In this document: positions 13,438 through 25,786 of the stretch, one piece after another
How the letters are laid out: each line of letters starts with the position of its first letter
Numbering within the stretch: the first letter of the stretch is position 1
Source: Octopus vulgaris
Lineage: Eukaryota
Direction of reading: 5' to 3'
Assembly (NCBI GenBank): GCA_951406725.2
Contig: OX597816.1
Location: forward strand, 3,658,001-3,722,000
DNA length: 64,000 bases
Translations under genes and position numbers: made by a program
The notes under the pieces: model-generated
Told to the model about the DNA's origin: nothing
Seen by the model: only the letters and a program-made list of their open reading frames with translations
Databases searched by the model: none

Positions 13438-13523
13438 CTTTCGACATATGTTTCGAAGACAACATTGGTTTTATTCCAAAGGAATAAACGGTGTAAAATA
13501 ATGTAATCTTCTCATCAGGAAAG
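13438..13523 (-). ncRNA. Canonical type I hammerhead ribozyme
   Basis: Reverse complement CTTTC-CTGATGA-GAAGAT...GTCTTC-GAAA-CATATGTC-GAAAG: perfect 5-bp stem I, canonical core, palindromic ACATATGT helix III, GUC cleavage triplet. Confidence 0.85.
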
Positions 13524-13900
13524 AAAGAGAACCTATCTCAACAAGAAGACATTATAACAATTTTGATGACTGCCTAAATGATAAACAGAACGCTATTAAG
13601 TATTTTTTTAAAAACCGTTAGTAGATCCGATGTCAAAGGCAGATCCTAGGAAGAGAAAAGGTAAAGAAATAAGTAGAGAACAATTAAAGAGGGGTATATT
13701 GGTTGAAAAAATGTTCAAAAGCTTGGAAGTAGATTTCTCTATTGAAGTAAAGTGCAACGTGAACTAAATGTTCAAACTATAAAGACTGGCGAAATCACTT
13801 ATATGAGCTAAAGGTATGTTTCTGCCAGTGCTTACTTTTATAAGATCGCTCTATAAGTGTGTCAACAAAGTGATTCTTGTTGTCGGGATAGGTTCTCTTT

Positions 13901-13978
13901 CTTTCCTGATGAGAAGATTACATTATTTTACACCGTTTATTCTTTTGGAATAAAACCAATGTTGTCTTCGAAACATAT
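13901..13978 (+). ncRNA. Hammerhead copy interrupted in helix III by a SINE
   Basis: CTTTC-CTGATGA-GAAGAT...GTCTTC-GAAACATAT, then a SINE; atgtc resumes at 14301. Confidence 0.7.
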
Positions 13979-13979
13979 A

Positions 13980-14303
13980 CTCTCTTTTACTCTTTTACTT
14001 GTTTAAGTCATTTGACCCCGGGACTTATTCTTTGTAAGCCCAGTACTTATTCTATCGGTCTCTTTTGCCGAACCGCTAAGTGACGGGGACGTAAACACAC
14101 CAGCATCGGTTGTCAAGCAATGCTAGGGGGACAAACACAGACACACAAACACACACGCACACATATATATATATACATATATACGATGGGCTTCTTTCAG
14201 TTTCCGTCTACCAAATCCACTCAGAAGGCTTTGGTTGGCACGAGGCTATAGTAGAAGACACTTGCCCAAGGTGCCACGCAGTAGGACTGAACCCGGAACC
14301 ATG
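13980..14303 (-). mobile_element. 5'-truncated SINE, family A
   Basis: Matches 2009-2370. Confidence 0.9.
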
Positions 14304-14839
14304 TCAAATTTCTCGTCCTTGTATCCAGCATTTCGGATAATGGTTACTTCTTCCCAGATGTTATTCCTCAAGTTTAATCCTCCTCGCAAACATAGAAAGC
14401 TCTCGCTTCAATGTTTTTAATATTTGTGACATCAAAAGATTCGCATGGCATTCTATTAATATTGCTTGATTTTTGTTTTTAATTTTATTCCAATATGGTA
14501 GCCTGACGAACAGCATGAATTTTACATTAAGAAACTCAAAGGAAGTTCTTACATTGGTTTCTGTCGGCCAAATTAAACTAATGCTATGTACCCCACAGTA
14601 TTGAGTACTATTTCATTCATTAGAGATATTTAGTCATATGTGCATCTTAGCAAACGGAACTCGCCAACCAAATTCTATAGAAGAGGTATTGGACATCCCA
14701 ATACTATGATAGCAAGTACTTGCTCATTGAACAGGGTAGCGAACTTTTCAACCATATAACCATACACTCTATACATATTTATATAAAAACATAAGGGAAA
14801 AGCACACCCTACACATATTTGTATGATCAGTTAAAGCTT

Positions 14840-15481
14840 ATTATTATTATTTTATTGCATTTGCACAGCTTCTAATGCTGGAGAAAGGCTTGTTCCTTCT
14901 CGAGCCATGCCTGGCTCATAAAGGCCGGTTTCCCGGTTTCCTTGGCGTATAGGTTCCCCACCTGGACGGGACGCCGTTCCGTCACAAGTGAACTGCAAGA
15001 TGCAGGAGGAAAGAGAGAGGGATAGTTGTGGCGAAAGAGTCAGCAGAAGTTCGCCATTACCTTCTGTCGGAGCCGCGTAGAGCTTAGGTGTTTCGCTCAT
15101 AAACACACACATCTCCCGGTCTAAGATTCGAACTCGCGAGACCTCGACCGCGTGTCCGCTGCTCTAACCACTAGGCCATGTGCCTTCACTAATGCTGGAG
15201 ATGTGCTACAGTGTCAGCTGTTCGATACTAGTGAACTAAGGTAACACTTCTTATTTTTCAAGAACCTTCCGGAGTATTCGGGCGTTTCCAAGCAGTGCTG
15301 TTTTCTTCAAGTGCTCTACCTTTATTGCAGTTCCTATTTGTTCCACGTACTTTTCCAGATTTTTGCTCACTGTTCCCAGGGCTCCGACAACTATTGGTAC
15401 TACTGCTATGTTTTTCATCGACCGCAACTGCTTAACCTCCCAAGCTAACCTGTCATATCTTTCGACTTTTCTTTCTTTATC
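14840..15481 (-). mobile_element. 3' end of an R4/Dong-like LINE, split by a SINE
   Basis: Minus-strand peptide DKERKVERYDRLAWEVKQL...VVPIVVGALGTVSKNLEKYVEQIG...LKKTALLGNARILRKVLEK*; (TAA)n at both ends. Confidence 0.85.
14885..15188 (-). mobile_element. tRNA-derived SINE, family D, with 13-bp TSD
   Basis: TSD ctaatgctggaga at 14872-14884 and 15189-15201; homologous to 20715-21013. Confidence 0.9.
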
Positions 15482-15553
15482 TTATTATTATTAACATTGT
15501 TTTATTTTTGTGTAGCCTTAGTTCTCTTACATGCTTAGATCTATGGAAGAAAG

Positions 15554-15875
15554 GTGAAGACACATGGCTTAGTGGTTAGGGCATTCGGCTTACGAGCATA
15601 ACGTCGAGAATTCGATTTCCGACGCGCGTTGTGTTCTTGAGCAACCCACTTTATTTCACATTGCTCCAGTCCATTCAACTGGCAAAAATGAGTTGTGCCT
15701 TCGTTTCAAAAGGCAAGTCTTATGACATCATATGTCACGTCGAACGTCCCTGAGAAGAACGTTAAGAGGACGGATGTCTGTGAAGTGTGTGAACACTTGC
15801 ACATTAATTTCAAGAGCAGGCTGTTCCGTAGATCGTATCAGCTGGGACCCTCGTCGTCATAACCGAAGGAGTGTC
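15554..15875 (+). mobile_element. Diverged SINE, family B
   Basis: Aligns by eye to 11202-11529. Confidence 0.85.
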
Positions 15876-16054
15876 AGTTGTGTATGTAATAGAGTGAAAG
15901 AAATTAGTAATGTGCAAGTGATACAGGAAGTGAGTGAATGAGTGAGGGAGGTCGGCATGGGCAGTGAATGTTATGAAACAATGCCAAAAAGAAATAAAAA
16001 CGAAATAAAGAAAAAATTCAAATGAGTTTAACCACTTGAAATGTGTGTATTCGA

Positions 16055-16740
16055 TAAATACCTATTTCTTTACTACCCACAAGGGGCTAAACATAGAGGG
16101 GACAAACAAGGTCAGACACACGGATTAAGTCGATTATATCGACCCCAGTGAGTAACTGGTACTTGTTTAATCGACCCCGAAAGGATGAAAGGCAAAGTCG
16201 AGCTCGGCGGAATTTGAACTCAGAACATAACGGCAGACGAAATACCTATTTCTTTATTACCCACAAGGGGCTAAACACAGAGAGGGCAAACAAGGATAGA
16301 CATAGGTATTAAGCCGATTATATCGACTCCAATGCGTAACTGGTACTTAATTTATCGACCCCAAAATGATGAAAGGCAAAGTCGACCTCGGCGGAATTTG
16401 AACTCAGAACACAAGGGCAGACGAAATACCGCTAAGCATTTCGCCCGGCGTGCTAATGTTTCTGCCAGCTCGCCGCCTTATATATATTTCTTTACTACTC
16501 ATAAGGGGCTAAACACAAAGGGGACAAACGAGGACAGACAAAGGGATTAAGTCGATTACATCGACCCCAGTGCGTAAATGGTACTTAATTTATCGACCCC
16601 GAAAGGATGAAAGGCAAAGTCGACCTCGGCGGAATTTGAACTCACAACGTAACGACAGACGAAATACGCCTACGCATTTCGCCCGGCGTGCTAACGTTTC
16701 TGCCAGCTCGCCGCCTTTTTCTGCCAGCTCCTCGCCGCCT
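16055..16740 (-). mobile_element. Two adjacent Meta-type SINEs, one with a duplicated internal module
   Basis: Meta-like domain GTCGACTTTGCCTTTCATCCTTTCGGGGTCGATAAATTAAGTACCAG occurs three times; heads near 16478 and 16715. Confidence 0.9.
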
Positions 16741-17531
16741 TATATATTCAATAAATACCATGAGAGATGAACTAATTCGATCGAACAAATGAAGGTCCTT
16801 GTGAGATATTTACGACATGTAAATTAGACATATTCAACAAGAGATAGTTAACATAACGACTACCACGAATATCATATTGACTCATGTGAAATGTAAAGCT
16901 TTAGTATACGTCCATTGTAACTTTGCGCATCTGCTGTTATTTTCGGTGTATTTTTCAATAGGATTAGAGAAATGCACAGTGAACTACAGAATAACGGTGC
17001 ACAGTAAACTGCAGCACAATATCCATGTCGAGTAAAAACTGCTGCAGAAAAACTATTAAATAAATAAGATAAAAATAGAACCAATATGGCGGATTAAAAA
17101 AATCAGTTTTGCTTCAATGTATTCAGTAAAACGTATTGATTTCAAAAATCCATTACTTTATTCAATATTCATCGCTTTTAACATTATCATAAGTAAATAG
17201 GAATAATATGTAAATGGATTTGCGTCGGTTTTAAAGATGACACTACCAGTTGTCCGAACAACTGAATTGCCTTCTCATTGAAGTAATAAAGAAGTGGTTG
17301 AGTATTCCACAGACACATATAGCTTTAATAAGGCTTAATAAGCGCGAGGTACTGACTGGCAAGGCCGGCTGGCCGAAGGAAGTACAGTTATGTCCCACCT
17401 GAAGGGCTTACATATAATCTCTGTTACTATCCAGTTTCATTTACGAAGTTTAAATCGACGTGAGCTTCTGATAAGGTACTCGTTCTTAAGATGCCATTCA
17501 GGTTAGTTCAATATGCTTATTGTAGGATATT

Positions 17532-17915
17532 GTGGAGGCGCAATGGCCCAGTGGTTAGGGCAGCGGGCTCGCGGTCGTAGGTTCGCGGTTTCGATTCCCA
17601 GACCGGGCGTTGTGAGTGTTTATTGAGAGAAAACACCAAAAAGTTCCACGAAGCTCCGGCAGGGGATGGTGGTGATCCCTGTTGTACTCTTTCACCACAA
17701 CTTTCTCTCACTCTTACTTCCTGTTTCTGTTGTACCTGTATTTCAAAGGGCCGGCCTTGTCACTCTCTGTGTCACGCTGAATATCCCCGAGAACTACGTT
17801 AAGGGTACGCGTGTCTGTGTAGTGCTCAGTACTTACACGTTAATTTCACGAGCAGGCTGTTCCGTTGATTCGGATCAACCGGAACCCTCGTCGTCGTAAC
17901 CGACGGAGTGCTTCC
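17532..17915 (+). mobile_element. SINE with family-D 5' half and family-B 3' tail
   Basis: 5' part resembles 20715-20900; from ~17730 it matches 11345-11527. Confidence 0.85.
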
Positions 17916-18007
17916 ATCCATGTGGGATATTGTTGATGTTTGTGGGTCATAAGTCTACGGAGAGTGGTTAATGGTAAGTTGTTGCATAGGACATGATATA
18001 TATGTAC

Positions 18008-18047
<40 letters not shown>

Positions 18048-18049
<2 letters not shown>

Positions 18050-18430
18050 CGCAGGAGTGGCTGTGTGGCAAGTAGCTTGCTTACCCACCAAATGGTTCCG
18101 GGTTCAGTCCCACTGCGTGGTACCTTGGGCAAGTGTCTTCTACTATAGCCTCGGGCCGACCAAAGCCTTGTGAGTGGATTTGGCAGACGGAAACTGAAAG
18201 AAGCCCGTCGTATATATGTATATGTATACATATATGTGTGTGTCTGTGTGTCTGTGTTTGTCCCCTCCCCCCCCAACATCGCTTGACAATCGATGCTGGT
18301 ATGTTTACGCCCCCGTAACTTAGCTGTTCGGCAAAAGAGACCGATAGAATAAGTACTAGGAGTCGATTTGCTCGACTAAAGGTGGTGCTCCAGCATGGCC
18401 GCAGTCAAATGACTGAAACACGTAAAAGAG
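18048..18430 (+). mobile_element. SINE, family A
   Basis: Same head, CORE-like segment and tail as 27820-28211. Confidence 0.9.
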
Positions 18431-19202
18431 TATATAAATACACACGCACTCGCGCATACACACATATATATGACAAGAAGGGCAGGGTGAGTTAGGCTTG
18501 AGAGAAGATAAGACGAGGCCATCTAGCACCGAGGAGCATAGGCCGATGTAGTAGCGGTGGAAGAAACACAGAGCGGACACAGTACATATTTAAGTGGGAG
18601 GATGAATCTTGTTGATGAGTGGCTTCATGGCAACCATTTGGATGGCATTATCTTGGATGTAGTCAAGAATATCTATGTGTAGCAGTAGCAGTGGTAGCAG
18701 CATCTCTCCCCAACCGAAATAGGGAAACATCTTGTTCCATTGTGAATCTCAGTTGATCTCTTTGCAACTGTTGGAAGGGGAAATATTTTCTGACTCGGTG
18801 AAGGAAAAACCCAGACATTTTAATGTTTTCCTCTTTACAATGTTTACGAAGTGCAACCGCCGGAAGAGTTTCCCAGTGATAGTCACGTGTAGCATTTGTA
18901 GTGGTGGTAGGGGTGATTGGAATGAAGGTGATTTAATCTAAGTAGAGACGGGTGTCGTTGGAGGTGGCGGCAAGACGATCATTGATGGCGGGGGAAGAAA
19001 ATTTAACCCTTGTGTAGCGTAGAGTTTATTGAGTTTTGGGCCAGAAAGAGATTTCCATCAGCAGATGTGTTTGTGCGGTCTGATAGGAAACCTGACATCC
19101 AAGAGTTGAGAGAAAGGTGGAGTGTCAGGACAAGTAGTTTAGCAAGAAACTCCACAAGTTAGAATTGGGCAAATATGTTGTTGGTGTAATTCGTGGAAAA
19201 CA

Positions 19203-19607
19203 CTCTTTTTACTTGTTTCAGTCATTAGACTGCGGCCATGCTGGAGCACCGCCTTTTAATCGAGCAAATCGACAACAGGACTTATTCTTTTGTAAGCCCA
19301 GTACTTATTTTATCGGTCTCTTTTGCCGAACCGCTAAGTAACGGGGACATAAACACACCAGCATCGGTTGTCAAGCAATGCTAGGGGGACAAACACAGAC
19401 ACACAAAAACACACACACACACACATATATATATACATATATATGACGGACTTCTTTCAGTTTCCGTCTACCAAATCCACTCACAAGGCATTGGTCGGCC
19501 CGAGGCTATAGTAGAAGACACTTACCCAAGGTGCCACGCAGTGGGACTGAACCCGGAACCATGTGGTTGGTAAACAAGCTACTTACCCCACAGCCACTCC
19601 TGCGCCT
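19203..19607 (-). mobile_element. SINE, family A
   Basis: Full-length match to 2009-2413. Confidence 0.9.
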
Positions 19608-19925
19608 AAATTTTCATTATTTTCATTAAATTTCTCAAATTTGAGTGGTGGGGGAGGAAGGAACATAGAAGTACAAAAAAATACAAAAATATACAAAAAT
19701 ATACAAGATCTGGCTTTACTGGAGGGCATCAAGGTGGGAAAGGAATACAATGTGTTGAATATGATTGTTAATGACCATGACCACCATCTCTGAGATTTTG
19801 GAAGTGAAAGCAACAGATTGATATTGGTTGGTCGGGTTAGGGGTTGTTGCTGTTCTGAAGAATGGAAAACACTAGGGTGGTTTTAAAAGTCGGTATAAAC
19901 TCCCTGAGAGGGTGTGAGAGAAAGA

Positions 19926-19994
<69 letters not shown>

Positions 19995-20714
19995 GAGGTG
20001 AGACTGGGGTAGACTGAATAGTTTAGTGAAGAAAAAGGGGGTGGCTTGTTTGATTGTAGCGGAGGGGACAGTGTTTATGACCGGCGACCTCCATGATATG
20101 AAGAAAAACCCAGAACTTCCTTAAATGACGCGTACGTGTTTTTAGTGGTCGTGAGTCTAATGTGGAGTAGTTTTGAAGAAAATTTGCTCAGTGTGTGTAA
20201 TCATGCGATCGATATAAAGTGGATTGCAAATATGGAAGCTCTATCGACCGGGGAAGCAGGCAGTATTTATTACAGCGCTCTGTTTGCATATTAAATAAAG
20301 GAGGATTCCACTAAGATGGAAGTGATTCTTTTGGCAAGAGACCAACAGGATTGACATGGATGGCAGATTGAGCGCTGCACTGGGACACCATTCATGTTCG
20401 GGTGGTGCAGAAGTATCCAGTTTATACAGTTTAGTGGTCCCTTAAAATGTTGTTGGCCTTATTCTTTATTTGAATGGTTAAATCGCAGTGAAGAAAGATT
20501 TGGGTATTTTGAGGCTAATGGATTTGATCATGAAGGAGTCGTGGAAGGACATTTCTTAGCAAATACTTTCAGTCACCCACTTATTTGTCTCTGATGGGTC
20601 AGTAGTAAGGCGCATGCGCTTTCATGAATAGCATTGACCTGGCGGAGCTCTGACCGATCAGCTGACTTGAAGTGTTAGAGTCCGGGAAATAGAGAGATTC
20701 CATAGTATATATGG

Positions 20715-21013
20715 GTGGAGGCAGATGGCCTAGTAGTTAGAGCAGCGGACTCGCGGTCGAGGGAACGGGGTTTCGAATTTCAGACCGTGCGATATGTGTG
20801 TTTATGAGCGAAACACCTAAGCTCCACGCGGCTCCGGCAGAAGGTAATGGCGAACTTCTGCAGACACTTTCGCCACAACTTTCTCTCACTCTTTCCTCCT
20901 GCATCTTGCTGCTCACCTGCGACGGACCGGCGTCCCGTCCAGGTGGGGAACCTATACGCCAAGGGAAGCGGGGAACCGGCCCTAATGAGCCAGGCATGGC
21001 TGGAGAAGGAACA
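20715..21013 (+). mobile_element. SINE, family D
   Basis: Reverse complement of 14885-15188; atagtatat on both flanks. Confidence 0.9.
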
Positions 21014-22094
21014 AAATAGTATATGGATGTTGTGATGGCGGTGAGAGGTAGTTGAGATAGAATAGCACTGGACAATCCTATCAGTGTAGGGACCTTGATG
21101 GCTTTCCGAAGAGAAAGAGAGATCTTGTTAGATAGGAATGTTTTGTGTATCGACCACACATAAATATTGGGGAATGAAAGTAATTCTTACAACGAAAAGA
21201 TGTTTGCAAAATATTTGGTTTCTCTGGAAATGCTCTCAATGTGCAATGAGTGCCGGAGAGAAGAATGGTTGTGAAACTTGAAGTCACAGAGGACGATGAA
21301 TTCCGAAAGGTTTGAAGTTAGGATCATGGTGCAGGAAGAGGAACAGTGTAAGAGATGGTAGCAGAAAGAAGAGCAAAAATAGAGGTGGACGGAGTAGAAG
21401 TATTTAGAGGTGGGAGGAGATATTGAACCAGAGTGAAGGTGGGAGGAGATGGGAGGAGTGAAGGTGGGAGGAGATATTGAACCAGAGTGACTGAGAGACT
21501 TTATTGTTGGTGCCTCATTGAAAAAGCTGAGTTATAGCGTCGACATCACACTGCTTTTGCTCCGTTATTCCGGGTGGAGTTTAAATACAGAGGGTAGCCT
21601 GAATAGATCGGCGTCAAACAATATTGGGGGAGAGAAGAAAAAAATGCCCAGTGAAGTTTAGCATTATTTTCCGCGTGAGACATTCAAAAGAGGGGATTTG
21701 TGTTGGTGCGGTGTGAGGGGAGGAAAAGCCTTTGCTGGGATTTTACTTCGAAAACCTATAACAGAATGAATGTCTTTAACGCTATTCCTTGGCCAATAAC
21801 AAACATTAAATCGGGTGGCGAAACAAACAAAAAAAATTAAAAAAAAGAAACAATATTCTTTGTAATAATAATAATTCTTTCTCTTTTGGTAAAAAGCCAA
21901 TAATTTTGAAGAGGGAAAAAGTAAGTCGATTACGTCGACACCAGAATCTGACTGGTATTTTAAAATAACGACCCCAGAAAGTCAACTTGTTCTTATTTTA
22001 TCGATGCCGACGAAATTTGAACTCAGATCGTAACGGAGGACGAAATGCCGCTGAGCATTTCCCCCGCAGTGTGTTAACGGTACCTCCTTAATTA

Positions 22095-22865
22095 TAATAA
22101 TCCTTTGTACCATAGGCACAAGTGCTGAAATTTTGGGGGAGGGGACCAAACGATTACATTGACCCCAGTGCATAACTGGTACTTAATTTATTGACCCCGG
22201 AAGGATGAAAGACAAAATCGACCTCGGCAGAACTCGAAATCAGAACGTTGTGGTAGACGAAATACCTATTTCTTTATTACCCACAAGGGGCTAAACATAG
22301 AGGGGACAAACAAGGACAGACATAGGTATTAAGTCGATTACATCGACCCCAGTGCATAACTGGTACTTAATTTATCGACCTCGAAAGGATGAAAGGCAAA
22401 GTCGACCTCGGTGGAATTTGAACTCAGAACGTTGCGGTAGACGAAATACCTATTTCTTTATTACCCACAAGGGGCTAAACATAGAGGGGACAAACAAGGA
22501 CAGACATAGGTATTAAGTCGATTACATCGACCCCAGTGCATAACTGGTACTTAATTTATCGACCTCGAAAGGATGAAAGGCAAAGTCGACCTCGGCGGAA
22601 TTTGAACTCAGAACGTTGCGGCAGACGAAATACCTATTTCTTTATTACCCACAAGGGGCTAAACATAGAGGGGACAAACAAGGACAGACATAGGTATTAA
22701 GTCGATTACATCGACCCCAGTGCATAACTGGTACTTAATTTATCGACCTCGAAAGGATGAAAGGCAAAGTCGACCTCGGCGGAATTTGAACTCAGAACGT
22801 AGCGGCAAACGAAATACAGCTACGCATTTCGCCCGGCATGCTAACGTTTCTGCCAGCTCGCCGCT
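22095..22865 (-). mobile_element. Meta-type SINE with three near-identical 184-bp internal modules and a terminal module
   Basis: gacgaaatac at 22256, 22440 and 22624, with a variant (aacgaaatac) at 22808; a single head near 22865. Confidence 0.92.
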
Positions 22866-23792
22866 TTATTAATGAATAAAATAATACTCAGTATCACATT
22901 TAGCTTTTAATCCACTGAATTCAGAGTTCAAATTAAAGAGATTTCGACTTTGCATTGAACTCCTCCTTTATCTCGCGATGGAATAACACCAACAATATAT
23001 TCTGCCACCATATTACCGTATTTAGCTCCAAAGTCAGACCAATCCAAGATTCTCCTTCTCTCTACCCTCACACACATGTATTCCAGTGTCGATCCAGTAT
23101 ACTGAACTATGGACCCACCGAACACTGAGTGAATCAACTGAGTCTGTTTTCTTGGGGTTCTATCATGAATTTGTGTCGCTCATATTAACCACTTGACCAC
23201 ATCAGCACAATGTTAACTGGTTGCACTCATATTCTATCAGTAAGAAAGGCGGCGACTTAGCGGAATCGTTGGTCCGTCGGACATAATGCTGCCTGGCTTT
23301 CATTCCACCGCAATATATTCTCACTTCAAATGCCAATGACTTTCTGGGGTCGTTATTTTAAAATACCAGTCAAATACTGGTGTCGACGTAATCGACATAC
23401 TTCCTCCCTCTTCAAAATTATTGGCTTTTTACCAAAAGAGAAAGAATTATTATTATTAGAAAGAATAGTGTTTCTTTTTACCATTTCTTTTTTGTCTCGT
23501 CACCTGATTTAATGCTTGTTAAAAAGAAAGTTCATCGATAATTTCGTTCCAATGAATTATATCTGACAAAAAGATGGGATGGTCATGGCAGTGCTTCTTT
23601 GATTATAGTTTTACTGAATCAGTACTGACGTAGGGTTAAACAAAATCCCAAATAATTCACGTCCTAAGCTATTAGAGGAAGTAGTTACTGATAGGCGGTC
23701 TGAAAAGCGATACGATGGTCAAGGACAGAACACCGTTGACCTTGACTCAGCTCCATCATCAAGTAACAAGAAGCTAGATATCAACAACAACA

Positions 23793-23988
23793 GTGGGTAG
23801 GGGCTGTGCTATTGCGGAAAGCCAGAGCCACCTGCACCAATAGCACAGCCCCTACCCACTTCTGCCCCACCTGTGGGAGAGGCTTTCTTGCCCGGATTGG
23901 CCTCACCAGCCACCTCCGGTCTCATAGCAGCAATTCCACCAAATGATGTCAACGGTCATCTTCGAACCCGAAGGACGAACATTATTAT
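23793..23988 (+). mobile_element. Short GC-rich insertion with 5' inverted segment and 14-bp TSD
   Basis: TSD tatcaacaacaaca at 23779-23792 and 23989-24002; ends in a short (ATT)n. Confidence 0.6.
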
Positions 23989-24478
23989 TATCAACAACAA
24001 CAATAACATCCTTGTTAGAGTTTTCGATTGGTTTACTGATCACCTTTATTTGTATTTATAAAAAAATTGGAGTTATAACTGCTTAGTTAATGAGTTGAAT
24101 GAACTAGAGTTGAAACCGGTAGGAATATGACAACCATTTGAAACGCACACACACAAGCAATGCTTGTATTCCCCTTTATTACAGATTATCGTAGTTATTC
24201 ATCGTACATCTGTGACCTGCTCACGGACTTCCTATTCCACTGTTTCACTAAAATACGCCTTTCCATATAACTCTATATCGCACTGATGCACTGTTTGAAT
24301 GTGTCACTGAGGTAGGGCGGTGGTCCTCAATTCTTTTTACTTTGCGAAGCACTGGAGATCAAATATATAATCACTGTTACATATAGCATGGAAGCTTTAA
24401 GATGAAATGATCATTTAAAGTTAAGATTATTGAAGAAATAAAAAACTGTAGCATACCTTGTTCTGTTAATCAAATTTA

Positions 24479-25023
24479 CGAGGGTGAGTCAAAAAGTGAT
24501 GCTATTTTGTTTAGGACAGGTATAATTACCAACACAGGAACATGTATCATACATCAAAATGAAGCTGGTTCCCTTTGGATCACATCCCTACTTCTCAACA
24601 GAGGGACCATTTCTCTCAATAGCAGTGTTCCACCTTCTAATGAGAGCATGTATTCCTGCCCCGTAAAATTCTGTTGACTGTTCTTTGAGCCACTTCTTCA
24701 CTACCTCCACACTCACCAGATTTAGCGCCTTCAGACTATCATCTCTTTGGCGCCACGAAAGAAGGTTTGAGAGGCAAACATTATTCCAGTGACGACTATA
24801 GTGACGAAATGGCTCAAAGAACAGTCAACAGAATTTTACGGGGCTGGGATACATGCTCTCATTCGAAGGTGGAACACTGCTATTGAGAGAAACGGTGACT
24901 ATGTTGAGAAGTAGGGATGTGATCCACAGAGGACCAGCTCCATTTTGATGTATGATACATGTTCCTGTGTTGGTAATTATTCCTGTCCTAAACAAAATGG
25001 CATTACTTTTTGATTCACCCTCG
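24479..25023. mobile_element. Mariner-derived non-autonomous element built from two inverted 3' ends, TA TSD
   Basis: TA|cgagggtgagtcaaaaagt ... actttttgattcaccctcg|TA; right arm encodes PPHSPDLAPSDYHLF...RRWNTAIERNGDYVEK*. Confidence 0.9.
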
Positions 25024-25364
25024 TATGTACAACATAAGAAAAATATAACAAGATTTTTCTTTTCAAGAAGCTCCTGCGTTAGTATATATTTCCGAAAGAT
25101 ATCGAATATACTTTTTAATAATTCGTGCTGCACTATTTGGGAACCATTCGGATAAAATGATAGTAACCACGTCATAGGAAAGACTTAGATAACAATAAAT
25201 AATATTATCACAAACTAAAAGCAAAAATGAATAATGGTGTATACATTATTTTTATTTTGTGTGTGTGTATTTTAAATGACTAACGTGACTCTAGCTCGAT
25301 GTAATTGTTAACAATATTTGTTCATCCAATTGATCTCTTCATTGATTTCCGTCGGAACTCTTAG

Positions 25365-25512
25365 CTCTTCTCCCTCTTCGTCAACCACTTTCCTTTATCT
25401 CTTCGCTCTGCCTCTTTCCCTCCTCCCCCTTATTCTTACTCTGTCTCTTTTTATTCCATTCTCTCTCTCCTCTTTCTCAATCTATTTCTATATACCTCCT
25501 ACATTTTTCTTT

Positions 25513-25549
<37 letters not shown>

Positions 25550-25731
25550 CACACACTTTCTCTCTGTATTTATCTATTTGTTATTTACATCGCATTTTTT
25601 CATCTCTCCGCTTTTTCCCTCCCACTTCTTTATTCCTTCTGTCTCTTTCTCCCTCTGAATCAATCAAGCTCTCTATTTTTCTCTCTCTCTCTCTCACTCT
25701 CTCACTTTGAGGCTGTTTTCACTATATACCC

Positions 25732-25786
<55 letters not shown>

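Larger units (their letters stand above)
12170..13980. mobile_element. Cluster of direct and inverted copies of a non-coding hammerhead-bearing (Penelope-like) repeat between (TA)n tracts
   Basis: 12330-12375 is inverted at 12718-12765; 12200-12250 is inverted near 13125-13165; 13443-13538 is inverted at 13887-13978; 12250-12375 resembles 13270-13440. Confidence 0.7.
18470..21600 (-). mobile_element. Highly degraded L2/CR1-group LINE fragmented by SINEs and (GA)n
   Basis: Minus-strand peptides VSALCFFHRYYIGLCSSVL (L2/CR1-like C-terminus), SWMSGFLSDRT (RT region) and IVLCDFKFHN (like the APE GDFN.H motif) in colinear order. Confidence 0.55.

Noticed and set aside
22256-22808. CRISPR-like periodicity
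   Set aside because: Units are contiguous 184-bp SINE modules with no unique spacers, in a eukaryotic context.
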